A stretch of DNA of 32,056 nt from Promethearchaeota archaeon (GCA_019058245.1 JAHPZJ010000028.1:234623-266678); one strand, 5' to 3'; shown: positions 1 to 9,314, counted from the first letter of the stretch. Notes: generated from the letters alone by a model not told the origin. A program made the numbers and translations.

Positions 1-63
1 CCTATTGCTGCAAAAGTCGAACCAGAACCTATTGCTGCAAAAGTCGAACCAGAACCTATTGCT
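1..63 (+). repeat. 27-nt coding tandem repeat (PIAAKVEPE), two full copies plus a partial copy; may continue upstream of the window
   Basis: cctattgctgcaaaagtcgaaccagaa at 1-27 and 28-54, then cctattgct at 55-63. Confidence 0.9.
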
Positions 64-405
64 ACGAAACCTGAAGTTATACCAACACCCGAAGTAGAAG
101 AAATTGACTTAATATTGATGATTAAATCAATAGAATCAAAAAATACAACAGAACAAAATCAGATTCTTGGAAAAATCTTTGAAAATTTGAAAATCCAGAT
201 GAAAAAACTTACTGGTGTTAAGATGAGTAAAATTTTGCTAGAACTCAAGGAAACAATTTTAAATAATATTGGATCATCCCTCGCTCTTTTTGATATTTCT
301 AGAAGCGAAGGAGATTTAAGCAAAATCCATGATGTTTTAACACCTGATTTAGTTAGTAAATATGAAGAAAAAATTGATAACTGGGTAAGTAGAATTGTTA
401 AATAA
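1..405 (+). CDS. 3' end of a hypothetical protein (5'-truncated by the window), with a Pro/Glu/Ala-rich repeat linker followed by a helical C-terminal domain
   Basis: Frame 1 is open from base 1 (PIAAKVEPEPIAAKVEPEPIATKPEVIPTPEVEE...) into the listed 115..405 ORF and ends at TAA 403-405. Confidence 0.8.
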   Translation, partial: PIAAKVEPEPIAAKVEPEPIATKPEVIPTPEVEEIDLILMIKSIESKNTTEQNQILGKIFENLKIQMKKLTGVKMSKILLELKETILNNIGSSLALFDISRSEGDLSKIHDVLTPDLVSKYEEKIDNWVSRIVK

Positions 406-410
406 TAGAG

Positions 411-947
411 GTGAAAAAATTGAGTCTAACATTATTTAAGATTGAGGGGAAAGAAGTAACCCCCACAGATGACGATCAATTGGGACAAGATAAAATATAT
501 ATCATTATCGATAAACATGCTAAAAGACCCAAAATTTGGATATGGAGTGGTGAAGAATCGGATATTATGGATCGATATTTTGCGGGAGTTACTGCTACAA
601 AAATAAAATCACAAATGAAGCTATATGGGGCGAGTATCGAAGTTGTTGAAAGTGGGAATGAACCAGAACATTTTCCCCTGCTATCAAAGGATAGTATAAT
701 TGAGCCTGTTAAAGATGCAGAACCTTTTATATTTGAAGAGGAAGTATCCACAACAACAAAAGAAGAAATTCTACAATCCGAAGAAAAGGTAGCAGTTAAA
801 CCTAAGATTACTGAAGCTCCATCAAAAATTGAAGCTGGTGTACAAGATATGGTGTCAAAGGATAAGGTACGATCCTTTTTTGAAGCTATCAATTCGGATT
901 TAGATAGCTTAAAACAGAAAATAAATGAATTTTTATCAAATTTATAA
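411..947 (+). CDS. Single-domain gelsolin-like protein with an acidic linker and a C-terminal amphipathic/coiled-coil helix
   Basis: IYIIID...IWIWSGEES...RYFAG..A..IK...IEVVESGNEPEHF matches the gelsolin-repeat pattern (W-x-G-x-x-S ... V-x-E/S-G-x-E-P-x-x-F); GTG start. Confidence 0.75.
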   Translation: MKKLSLTLFKIEGKEVTPTDDDQLGQDKIYIIIDKHAKRPKIWIWSGEESDIMDRYFAGVTATKIKSQMKLYGASIEVVESGNEPEHFPLLSKDSIIEPVKDAEPFIFEEEVSTTTKEEILQSEEKVAVKPKITEAPSKIEAGVQDMVSKDKVRSFFEAINSDLDSLKQKINEFLSNL

Positions 948-969
948 AATAAAAAATAAAAAGAGATGG

Positions 970-2295
970 ATGAGCAAAATGATAGATGCTGGAGTAAGTA
1001 TAACTACAGAAAAAGATAGCTATTCAGCAGGTAAAAAAGTTGCTAAAGAAGCTTTAGAGAATATGAGTGTAAAACCAAAATTAGCGATATTGGTTATAGA
1101 CGCCCTTTCACGTACGCGTCATAATTATGCGGAAGTTTTAAAAAGCGTAAGGGAAGAACTTGGAGAAGATGTAACATTAATTGGAAGTACTGTTAATGGA
1201 GTTACTGTAAACAGTCGATATGCTTTAAAAAGTGTTGCTATAATGTTACTCGGAGGGGATATATCCCTCGATTCGACCTTTAATTATCCTAAATCTAGAT
1301 TAAACTACGAGAGTATTGCTGAAGATGTTTATCAAAATATTCGTAATGCAGAACCAAATGATCAGCGTTTTATGTTATTATTTCAAGATGGAATTAAATT
1401 CCCACCTGAAGTTGTAGCTAAACAAAAAGCTTTAAATGGTCGAGCGGCAGTTTTATTTGCTGGGTTAATAGCAAGGATATTTAAAAAACAGTTTGAAGAA
1501 TTTAAAGAAAAAGGTCTGGGTTATTCTTCCACCCAAGAATTTCTCGAGGCTTTATATGCCAAAGGATGGGATAAAACAGTTATAGGAAATCTTGCCACCA
1601 ACACACGTAATTGGGATTCGGTAGAATTTTTTAATGATGAAATAGGTGCTGATAATATTATCGGAGCCATATTATCTCCACTGGGCTCTTCAAAGTTTGG
1701 ATTTGGATATGGTGCAGGAGCAGAACCTACAGGAAAAAGATGCAAACCTACTAAAAATATTGGAAATTTCATCTTAAAAATTGATGGAAAACACGCTCTA
1801 CAAGGCTTCTGTGAAGCTGCTGGGATACAGAAAGAGGCACTAAGGGAAATAAAACCCTACGATTATATAAACAGTCATACAATTTTAGGCACTAAAGAAA
1901 AGGTTGGGGACAAAGATATTATACATCTTGTTGCTACAATTACCAACCCAGAGCTTGAAAACTTTCTTATGACGGGATTTCTTTTTGATAGAGTTCCCGA
2001 AGAATTCGAAATATTTCGAAGTAATATGGAAGTAATGCATAAAACTGCTGAACTGACTGTGAAGCAAGCTCTAGAAAACATAGATAATCCTAGATTTTTT
2101 CTCGGATTTGATTGCGCACTTAGGTCTTTTTCATATGGGGATAATCTTCCAAGGATTATAGACACAATTGATAACGCAATAGGCAAGGATATCCCTCGAA
2201 TGATTATTGGATCTGGCGGTGAAATCTTCGGAACTAAGGATATAGATTATTATTGGAATAATTTAACTTTTCTTTCCTTAGTGGGCGGGGATTAA
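970..2295 (+). CDS. FIST (N + C) sensory-domain protein
   Basis: DSYSAGKKVAKEAL, LIGST..G, GFGYGAG.EP.G, ILKIDGKHAL, FDCALR and GGEI fit FIST_N/FIST_C motifs; the start is more likely ATG 970 or 979 than 925. Confidence 0.75.
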   Translation: MSKMIDAGVSITTEKDSYSAGKKVAKEALENMSVKPKLAILVIDALSRTRHNYAEVLKSVREELGEDVTLIGSTVNGVTVNSRYALKSVAIMLLGGDISLDSTFNYPKSRLNYESIAEDVYQNIRNAEPNDQRFMLLFQDGIKFPPEVVAKQKALNGRAAVLFAGLIARIFKKQFEEFKEKGLGYSSTQEFLEALYAKGWDKTVIGNLATNTRNWDSVEFFNDEIGADNIIGAILSPLGSSKFGFGYGAGAEPTGKRCKPTKNIGNFILKIDGKHALQGFCEAAGIQKEALREIKPYDYINSHTILGTKEKVGDKDIIHLVATITNPELENFLMTGFLFDRVPEEFEIFRSNMEVMHKTAELTVKQALENIDNPRFFLGFDCALRSFSYGDNLPRIIDTIDNAIGKDIPRMIIGSGGEIFGTKDIDYYWNNLTFLSLVGGD

Positions 2296-2304
2296 ATTTA
2301 GTTG

Positions 2305-2321
2305 AAAAAAAAAAAAAAAAA
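2305..2321. repeat. A17 homopolymer between the FIST and luxE-like genes
   Basis: 17 consecutive A at 2305-2321. Confidence 0.85.
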
Positions 2322-2392
2322 TCTTACACTTATGAACGGATGTTTTACATAAACAATAAATTAATAAATAGAATAAATATAAGATATTTAAT

Positions 2393-3577
2393 ATGTTAAT
2401 TGACGATTTCATAGATAAAGGGAAAACATATTTATATAAAGAGGATCAAAAAGAAGTGCAAAAAGAGCATTTCAAAGCGGTAATAGAAACTACAATACAT
2501 CAAATTGAAAAATGTGGTCTCTATCGTCAGCTTTGTAAACAAAAAAATTTTGACCCTCGTAGAGACTTAAAATCAGTAGACGATATAAAGAACATACCGT
2601 ACCTAACTTCAGCAAACTTTAAAGGAAAAACGGGAACACCTAAGAAATTTTTATGCGTACCTGAGAGTGACATTCAAGTCTGGCAGTCTTCAAGTGGGAC
2701 ATCTGGAGACCCATCTTTAATTGGTAAAGATCCAATTAATCTTAAAAGATATGTAAAAGTACTTAATTTTGGTTTTGCGGAGGTTTTGAATTTAGACCAT
2801 TTTGACTGGACCTTATATTTCACCCCTCGACCTCAAAAATTTTATACTATAGAAGATAAAATACCTGACCCTATTCCTAGCATGCTTTATGTGTTGATTC
2901 TTACAAACCAAACCCCTATGGAAAATAGATTTTATGCTCTAAAAAGAGCCGATGAAGAAGCAAGAAAAAAAGGAAAAATCTTTGACATTGATAGCGAAGG
3001 AACACTTAATTTCTTAAACTCAAATCCTTCAGAGAAAGGTAAAGGATGGGTAGGTGGTGCTATTCCTCTATTGTATTCATATTTCTCGGAAATGCATAAA
3101 AAAACGGGCCAAACTTTTGAATGTGGTGAAGATTCAGTTGTAGTAGTTGGTGGAGGATGGAAGTCTTTTGCTGGCGAACAGGTCTCACCAGAAAAATTCC
3201 GAGAAGTTATATCTAGATCATTAGGAATACCGCAGAAGAATATCCGAGATTCTTATAATTTCTCTGAAACTGATTGTATGAATCCAGAATGTGAATATCA
3301 TAACAAACATGTCCTACCATGGGAAGATATTATTATTAGGGATGTTGAAACCTTAGAGCCAGTAGAAATGGGGGAAACTGGATTAGTAAATGTAATAAAT
3401 CCCATAGCTTATAGTTATGCGGGTGTGTCAATACTTCAAGACGATATTGCTAAAATTACAATGGAAGATAATTGTCCATGTGGTAGAAGAGGCAAAGTTA
3501 TTGAAATCATTGGCAGAGCTCAAGGTGCTGAAGGAAAGGGATGCGGAGCCCAATTAACTGGAGAAACTGATACTTAA
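2393..3577 (+). CDS. luxE: LuxE-family acyl-protein synthetase (long-chain fatty acid activating, ANL/PaaK-like)
   Basis: SSSGTSG ATP loop, VVVGGGWK, IRDSYNFSE, YAGVSILQDD, CPCGRRG and a C-terminal GRAQGAEGKGC carrying the LuxE acyl-acceptor Cys. Confidence 0.85.
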   Translation: MLIDDFIDKGKTYLYKEDQKEVQKEHFKAVIETTIHQIEKCGLYRQLCKQKNFDPRRDLKSVDDIKNIPYLTSANFKGKTGTPKKFLCVPESDIQVWQSSSGTSGDPSLIGKDPINLKRYVKVLNFGFAEVLNLDHFDWTLYFTPRPQKFYTIEDKIPDPIPSMLYVLILTNQTPMENRFYALKRADEEARKKGKIFDIDSEGTLNFLNSNPSEKGKGWVGGAIPLLYSYFSEMHKKTGQTFECGEDSVVVVGGGWKSFAGEQVSPEKFREVISRSLGIPQKNIRDSYNFSETDCMNPECEYHNKHVLPWEDIIIRDVETLEPVEMGETGLVNVINPIAYSYAGVSILQDDIAKITMEDNCPCGRRGKVIEIIGRAQGAEGKGCGAQLTGETDT

Positions 3578-3637
3578 TAAGTTTATACAGAATTTTTTAA
3601 TTTTTAAAAATTTTTTTTCTTTTATTAGATAATTTCT

Positions 3638-5359
3638 ATGATGGTTTCAATGAAAAAAAAAATAACAATTCCGGCTTTTATTTTTAAACCTGTATACTCA
3701 GAAGAGACTACTACGCAAGTATATAAACGTCAGGATGATATTATAGAAATCGAATTTCCTGTTTTCGACAAGAAAGAAGTACTAAAAACTGCAGAAAGTC
3801 TCTCATTGAAAAAACGAAGAGCTCACGATAGAAATATAGATGATGTTATAGAGGTTATTAATCAACTGGGTGCTTTATGGAGCAATCCGAATTATGAGTA
3901 TCGCAAAGAAGCTTTAGAAATTCTCCCTATAACTTCAGGACAATCCAAGGTACTGTGTGAGCTAGAAATTTCAAATATGCTTTTCTTATTAAATAAAAAA
4001 ACCATCGAAAATCAATTATTCAGTGAACTTGGAGGGAAACAATATTTAGAAGATTGGATTCCTAAAGGAAATGCCAGAATTCATGCTCAACCTAAAGGTT
4101 TAGTTTTCCATAATCTGGCTGGTAATGCCTTTTTAATTGGTGTATTATCTCTTTGTTATGGGTTAGTTACTAAAAATGTTAATTTACTGAAGCTCCCTCA
4201 TGAAGAACCATATGTCCCGATAAAATTTTGTGAATCCATAGCAGATATAGATAAAAAAATTGCAAAAGAAATAGCTGCGCTTTATTGGCGAGGGAGTAGA
4301 GGAGATATCTTTGATGAGTTGTTCAGTTCTGGAAATGTAAATTGTGTTCTTGCTTGGGGAGGGATTGAATCAATTGAAGTAATAAAAAAGAAAGCATATC
4401 ACTATGGAATAAATGTAATTGATCATGGGCCTAAACTCTCTTTTAGTATTATTTCAGAGGACATTTTTCAAGATTTGAACCAAATGCAAGACACAGCGCA
4501 AAAAATCGCTGTAGATGTAGCTATATGGAACCAAAAGGCATGCTTAAGCCCTAGAGTAATTTATATTGTTGAAAAGCCTCGTAAATCGGCAGTTTTTCAA
4601 GTTTTTAAAAGTAATAATATTCAAATTAATTCTCAATCATCTGAGTTTGAAGCAGAAAATAATTCGATTTTTAATAAATTTAATCAATCTCAAAATATTA
4701 GTGAATTTGATGGTTTTGATGTTGCTACTCTTATGCAGCGTTCCATAAAATCACTTAAAAATGAATATTCTGAATTATCTCCATTAGGATTTGCAAAGAT
4801 GTTAGCAGAAGGTTTGAAAAATACAGATAAAACTCTTCCACGCATGCATCTCACTCAGGCTGATGGTCTGGATATGGCAAAAAAACGTGAGTATTTCTTT
4901 ATGAACTATGGTACTAATTCAAGCGCAACCATTATAAACCCCCCTAAGAATAAATTAGATTGGACTGTTGTTTATTTACGTGATCTTCCAAATATGTTAG
5001 AAATCGATATGTGTCAAGATCGGTTTGTAATAGTAACAAGAATTTCGAGCGTTCAAGATTTAATACATTCTATAAGAAAAGAAAGATTGCAAAAATATCT
5101 TCAAACAATCTCAATTTATGGCTCAGATGATTTTGTCAAAAATGTAGCTGAAGAATTTTCGCTTTTAGGAGCTTATAGATTTCCAAGAATTGGGGAACAT
5201 AATATTCAACATATAGGAATGCCATGGGATGGGCATTATATTCTTCAAGATATGATAAAATGGGTTTATATTGGTTATATTTCTCAAGAACATGATGAAA
5301 GTGATGAAGAACAGATTTCCCTAATTAAGCTTTCAAAAAGTCCAAACAATACATTTTAA
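3638..5359 (+). CDS. luxC: LuxC-family acyl-CoA/acyl-protein reductase (ALDH superfamily) with an internal insert of about 65 aa
   Basis: PKGLVFHNLAGN, VLAWGG, HGPKLSF, WNQKACLSP (catalytic Cys), YLQTI and PWDG; the start could be 3638, 3641 or 3650. Confidence 0.85.
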   Translation: MMVSMKKKITIPAFIFKPVYSEETTTQVYKRQDDIIEIEFPVFDKKEVLKTAESLSLKKRRAHDRNIDDVIEVINQLGALWSNPNYEYRKEALEILPITSGQSKVLCELEISNMLFLLNKKTIENQLFSELGGKQYLEDWIPKGNARIHAQPKGLVFHNLAGNAFLIGVLSLCYGLVTKNVNLLKLPHEEPYVPIKFCESIADIDKKIAKEIAALYWRGSRGDIFDELFSSGNVNCVLAWGGIESIEVIKKKAYHYGINVIDHGPKLSFSIISEDIFQDLNQMQDTAQKIAVDVAIWNQKACLSPRVIYIVEKPRKSAVFQVFKSNNIQINSQSSEFEAENNSIFNKFNQSQNISEFDGFDVATLMQRSIKSLKNEYSELSPLGFAKMLAEGLKNTDKTLPRMHLTQADGLDMAKKREYFFMNYGTNSSATIINPPKNKLDWTVVYLRDLPNMLEIDMCQDRFVIVTRISSVQDLIHSIRKERLQKYLQTISIYGSDDFVKNVAEEFSLLGAYRFPRIGEHNIQHIGMPWDGHYILQDMIKWVYIGYISQEHDESDEEQISLIKLSKSPNNTF

Positions 5360-5702
5360 ATTAAACGTTATTCCTTGAAATATTATTTCTCACTAATTTA
5401 AAATGTAGATTTTTGAAAAGATCCTTTTCTTTTTATTCAGTTTGTAAAAAAAGTTAATGTAAAGTATGCAATAATCTATTTTTAAAGAAATAATATATTA
5501 TTAAGCATAATTAAAGAATTTCTTCAACATTTTTTATATTTTGGTATAAAATCCTTATTTAAAGAATGGAGAAAAAGAGATTTATATTTAAAATGTTGTT
5601 TAAGACATGAAAGACTTTTGTTTTTTATTTTAAAAGCTTTTTAAGAAATTTAAAGATTATTTTTTTTCAACAAAAAAGATAATTCTTCTTTGTTTATACT
5701 TT

Positions 5703-7484
5703 TCATATCAATAATATATCTAATTTTTTCATCATACTAAACGTTTTACCTTGTTTTTCGTAAATTGTTATAAGATTTATATTACTCGATTTAGGATTGA
5801 AAATTTCATCATAACGTTTTTGAAACAGCCAATTTAACAAGAACCGTTGGTCTCGTTCTAAAATTTCAGGAATTTTATTACCTTTTTCTTTATTTTCAAA
5901 CTTAATAAATATATCCTGTGGATAATCCAAAAATATGTCTAGATCTGTGATTTTTTCGGATGAAACGTTTTTAATTTGAACAGAAAGTAATAAATAATTC
6001 TCGAGTTTTTCAGGACTAGGAATAATCTTCCATGATTTTAAGAAAAATAGATCAGGTGTTAATGATGGTGCATGTCTTATCAAATCTAATGTGTTATTGA
6101 AAATTTTTACATTTAGCATTTTTTTTTTTAAAAGAGTTTTTAAAATTTCTAAAACTTGATACGTATGTATATGGAATTTATCACTAATCTCATCGAAAGT
6201 AACTGATCCTTTCTTTAGTCTTGAATCTAGCCAAATTTTTAAATTTTGATAACTTAGCTCTGGTATTAATTCACGTAGAAAAATAACCAATTCGTCTCTT
6301 AATTTTTCTAGTTCAGGATTTTCTAATACTTCTTTTTTATTTAAAGCATTATAACAAATTAAATAGATATTATATTGAGGATTTGGTTTTAATATCATCC
6401 TCAATTTTGTATAATTTGACATATTTAAATTTTTCAATATTTCGTCCATTAATTGTGAGAATAATGATTCTACGAATTTTGGATGATCATCATATAATTT
6501 CCTAATCACATTATTAAAAGTAATAATGATTGACTCATTTAAAGGCGTTATAAACATAAATAAACTATAAAATCTTTTAAAGCCATGCTTAACTATTGAG
6601 AATCTTACGAGTTGTTCAATGGCTTCTAGATTGTCTATCTCATCATTTTTTATAAAAGAAAAAAAAGTATCATCAAACAAATCAACATGGTGTTCCAAAA
6701 TTTCCTCGATGATTTTACTCATTGTTTTATTAATTAAAAAATCATCATGGTCTAATAATAAAACTAAGTCCCTTAAAACGGGTATTATTAATTCCTTTTT
6801 TACACATCCTACCTTTCCAATTAAGAATAATATTTTTTCTTGAGCAATCCAATCCTTTTCGGGGAGAGATTTAATCAAATGTTTTACATCTTCAATTGAA
6901 TAAGTTTCTATAAATAATTTTAATAAGAAATCTAGTGCTTCTTTTATAACATCAATATCTTTATCATCAAATAAAATCTCTAATTCTTTATCAAATTCTC
7001 TGAGCAAAATTGGTCTTTCTGAAACAAGTTTATTTAAAAATATTACTATTTTTTTTCTTATTTTCCATAACTCATCATTTAAACATGAAATTAATCCTCT
7101 TACAATTTGTTTTTCATATTTTGGACATTGAATAAAAATACTTATCAAAAAATCTACAAATTTGTTTCTAACAATTGGCTCAAAATCAATTATTTTTGAA
7201 AGGATAAGATCAATCTCATCATCAATTAAGCTCATATCCTTAATAAGAGTGTTTGTATATATATCAATTGCTAGCTCCAGTACATTATCATCATAGAAAT
7301 CTAAAAGTGGTTTTATTTTTTGGAGTTGATTTTTTTTCAAATTATGACCTATTTTTTGTACTTCTAAAATTCCCTCTAAAACGTCAATTAATGATGAAAA
7401 GTTTTCTTCATGAACTAAAGATATTAAATCTTCCAATGCTTTTGAGAAATTTCCAAATCTCATATTTTCTTTTATTGAATCCAA
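5703..7484 (-). CDS. HEAT/ARM-repeat protein with a winged-helix-like segment and a C-terminal beta-sandwich-like domain
   Basis: Repeated L-L-D-D-x-D/W-x-I/V HEAT motifs (CLNDELWKIR, LFDDKDIDVI, LLDHDDFLIN); VTFDEISDKFHI...VLEILKTLLKKKML; beta-rich C-terminus LSVQIKNVSSEKITDLDIFLDYP. Confidence 0.65.
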   Translation of the reverse strand: MDSIKENMRFGNFSKALEDLISLVHEENFSSLIDVLEGILEVQKIGHNLKKNQLQKIKPLLDFYDDNVLELAIDIYTNTLIKDMSLIDDEIDLILSKIIDFEPIVRNKFVDFLISIFIQCPKYEKQIVRGLISCLNDELWKIRKKIVIFLNKLVSERPILLREFDKELEILFDDKDIDVIKEALDFLLKLFIETYSIEDVKHLIKSLPEKDWIAQEKILFLIGKVGCVKKELIIPVLRDLVLLLDHDDFLINKTMSKIIEEILEHHVDLFDDTFFSFIKNDEIDNLEAIEQLVRFSIVKHGFKRFYSLFMFITPLNESIIITFNNVIRKLYDDHPKFVESLFSQLMDEILKNLNMSNYTKLRMILKPNPQYNIYLICYNALNKKEVLENPELEKLRDELVIFLRELIPELSYQNLKIWLDSRLKKGSVTFDEISDKFHIHTYQVLEILKTLLKKKMLNVKIFNNTLDLIRHAPSLTPDLFFLKSWKIIPSPEKLENYLLLSVQIKNVSSEKITDLDIFLDYPQDIFIKFENKEKGNKIPEILERDQRFLLNWLFQKRYDEIFNPKSSNINLITIYEKQGKTFSMMKKLDILLI

Positions 7485-7820
7485 GTTAATTTCTGATATT
7501 TAGCTACATCTCCCTAATAACTATAATTTTTTTATTTAATAAGTTATAAAAATTCAAAATTAAATAGTTATCCAAATCCAAACTTTTTACATTATAACAT
7601 ATAAAACATATTTTTTATATTATGATTATGTTTATCGATATATAGGAGCTGAAACTTTAAGAATTGAACAATTCTTTTGTTTTAATTCCAGTTTCCAAAT
7701 TCTTTTTGTTTACTTTCCATTAGAATGTAAAACAAAATACATCTAACATTACATTTTTGGAATTATCTAAGAATTGGGTGATAGAATACTGAAATTCTTT
7801 AAATATTTGAATATCAAAAT

Positions 7821-9314
7821 TTAATAATACGGAAATCTCTTATTTTCTTCCACTTTTGATTTAACGTGTTTTTTGCACGTACTTTTCTTAGAACCCGCAA
7901 TTCTTTGTAGAAGTGGTAAGCCAGGTTTCACATCTGCTATTGGTTTGGATTCAATTAACTTATTATTAATTAGTTCATTATAAAGCTCTTTACCTTTTTC
8001 AGTTCTAATAAGTACGGTATTCCATCCTGATGGAGACCCTATAGATCCAATTGAAATGTCTGCGGATTCAGAAGTTAAATCATAACATATTTCACAATCT
8101 TCACGAGCTAAATGAGAGATTTCTTTAATAGGCACACTTAATTCTTCTCCTTTATTAGTATAAACAAAGAATTTACCTTTATTGATATCCATTTTTTTAG
8201 CATTATCAATGTCAACATCCAATTTTTCACAAATTTTTAAAAGTGATTCATAAGAAAATGATTCCATGCAAAAAATTCCAATTCTATATTCGATATTATC
8301 TAAGGATGGAAATCCAATATTGTAAATCTTAGATTTGAGAAGTGCTTGCATTTGACATGGTACTCCTACTACAGCAATTTTTTTGCCTTTAAGCTCGCTT
8401 TGGTTAAGAATTTGTAAATTTGGATTATTTACATATTTAGTTCCAGCAGTAGAAACTATACCTTCTTTATTTTTGAGTAAAATTGGTTCTGGACGCCATA
8501 AAGTATTGCTCATTTTCGCGCCTAATGCAAAATCTATTTTATCATTATCAAAAAGATAATATAAGCAAGTACTTGAAATACCTCCATCTTGGCATACATC
8601 TGAAATGTCTTTGATTTTAGTTCTTGCTGAGTAAGCTTCAAGGAAATGTCCCACTTTCGAATATTCTTTGATTTCTGTAGTGTTTTCTTGAGTCATATTT
8701 AATAATCTTTCTGGGAGATATGTCCTAGGGCACACAAAATAGCATAATCCACAACGTATGCATTTATCTTCATCAATTTTTCCGAAACCATTATAAATAT
8801 GAAGACAATTTACCGGACAGATTCCAGCACATAAACCACAACCTGAGCAGACTTTAGAATCAAAAATTACCTTTACAGGTTCATATATTGGTTTTAATTT
8901 TGATATTTCTATATCATTAGGTATAATTAAAAAGTCTTGAAATATGAGTTTTTCTGGAGTATTCTCATCTCCTTCAATTTTTTCATTGATTTCTTCTACA
9001 ATTACAAGCTTTTCATTTTTGAGCAATTCTAAAAAGCTTAAAGTCTTATTTAAATCAATAGCATTATCTTCAGAATATTTGATAAGAGTATTTAGATTAC
9101 TTTCTGAATTTTTTTTTAAAGAATTATATAGGGAATATTTGGATTTTTCTTCATCTAACATAGTAAGAAGAATAGACTCATATTGAGTTTCATCATAAAC
9201 CCCCGCATCTAAAATATCTTTTTTTGCATCAATTAATGCTCGAATTCGATATGAATCTAACGCATCTGCAATATTCTTAAGAAATTCCCATGAGTAATTT
9301 TCTTCAAGGCTCAT
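7821..9314 (-). CDS. F420-binding FrhB/FdhB/FpoF-family subunit fused to a 2x[4Fe-4S] ferredoxin and an N-terminal helical domain
   Basis: CSGCGLCAGICP and CIRCGLCYFVCP; QDGG..S, AGTKY, AVVGVPCQ, IGIFCMESF, CEICYD.TSE.ADISIGSIGSPSGWNTVLIRTEKG. Confidence 0.9.
   Translation of the reverse strand: MSLEENYSWEFLKNIADALDSYRIRALIDAKKDILDAGVYDETQYESILLTMLDEEKSKYSLYNSLKKNSESNLNTLIKYSEDNAIDLNKTLSFLELLKNEKLVIVEEINEKIEGDENTPEKLIFQDFLIIPNDIEISKLKPIYEPVKVIFDSKVCSGCGLCAGICPVNCLHIYNGFGKIDEDKCIRCGLCYFVCPRTYLPERLLNMTQENTTEIKEYSKVGHFLEAYSARTKIKDISDVCQDGGISSTCLYYLFDNDKIDFALGAKMSNTLWRPEPILLKNKEGIVSTAGTKYVNNPNLQILNQSELKGKKIAVVGVPCQMQALLKSKIYNIGFPSLDNIEYRIGIFCMESFSYESLLKICEKLDVDIDNAKKMDINKGKFFVYTNKGEELSVPIKEISHLAREDCEICYDLTSESADISIGSIGSPSGWNTVLIRTEKGKELYNELINNKLIESKPIADVKPGLPLLQRIAGSKKSTCKKHVKSKVEENKRFPYY

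Noticed and set aside
1-63. CRISPR array
   Set aside because: The repeats are directly adjacent with no spacers and are in frame within a CDS
4574-4770. Intein in the LuxC-like protein
   Set aside because: It is too short and lacks N-terminal Cys/Ser block A and C-terminal His-Asn motifs
2393-5359. Bioluminescence operon
   Set aside because: No luxA/luxB luciferase, luxD or luxG is present in the window
7485-7515. ATA start for the HEAT protein (ATA-TCA-GAA-ATT at about 7499)
   Set aside because: Plausible, but a TTG five codons downstream explains the gene equally well, so it is not counted as evidence
7630-7820. Possible degraded ORF or second SECIS downstream of the frhB-like gene
   Set aside because: Only short stop-interrupted frames with no recognisable motif, and no convincing AUGA-stem-AA structure found by eye
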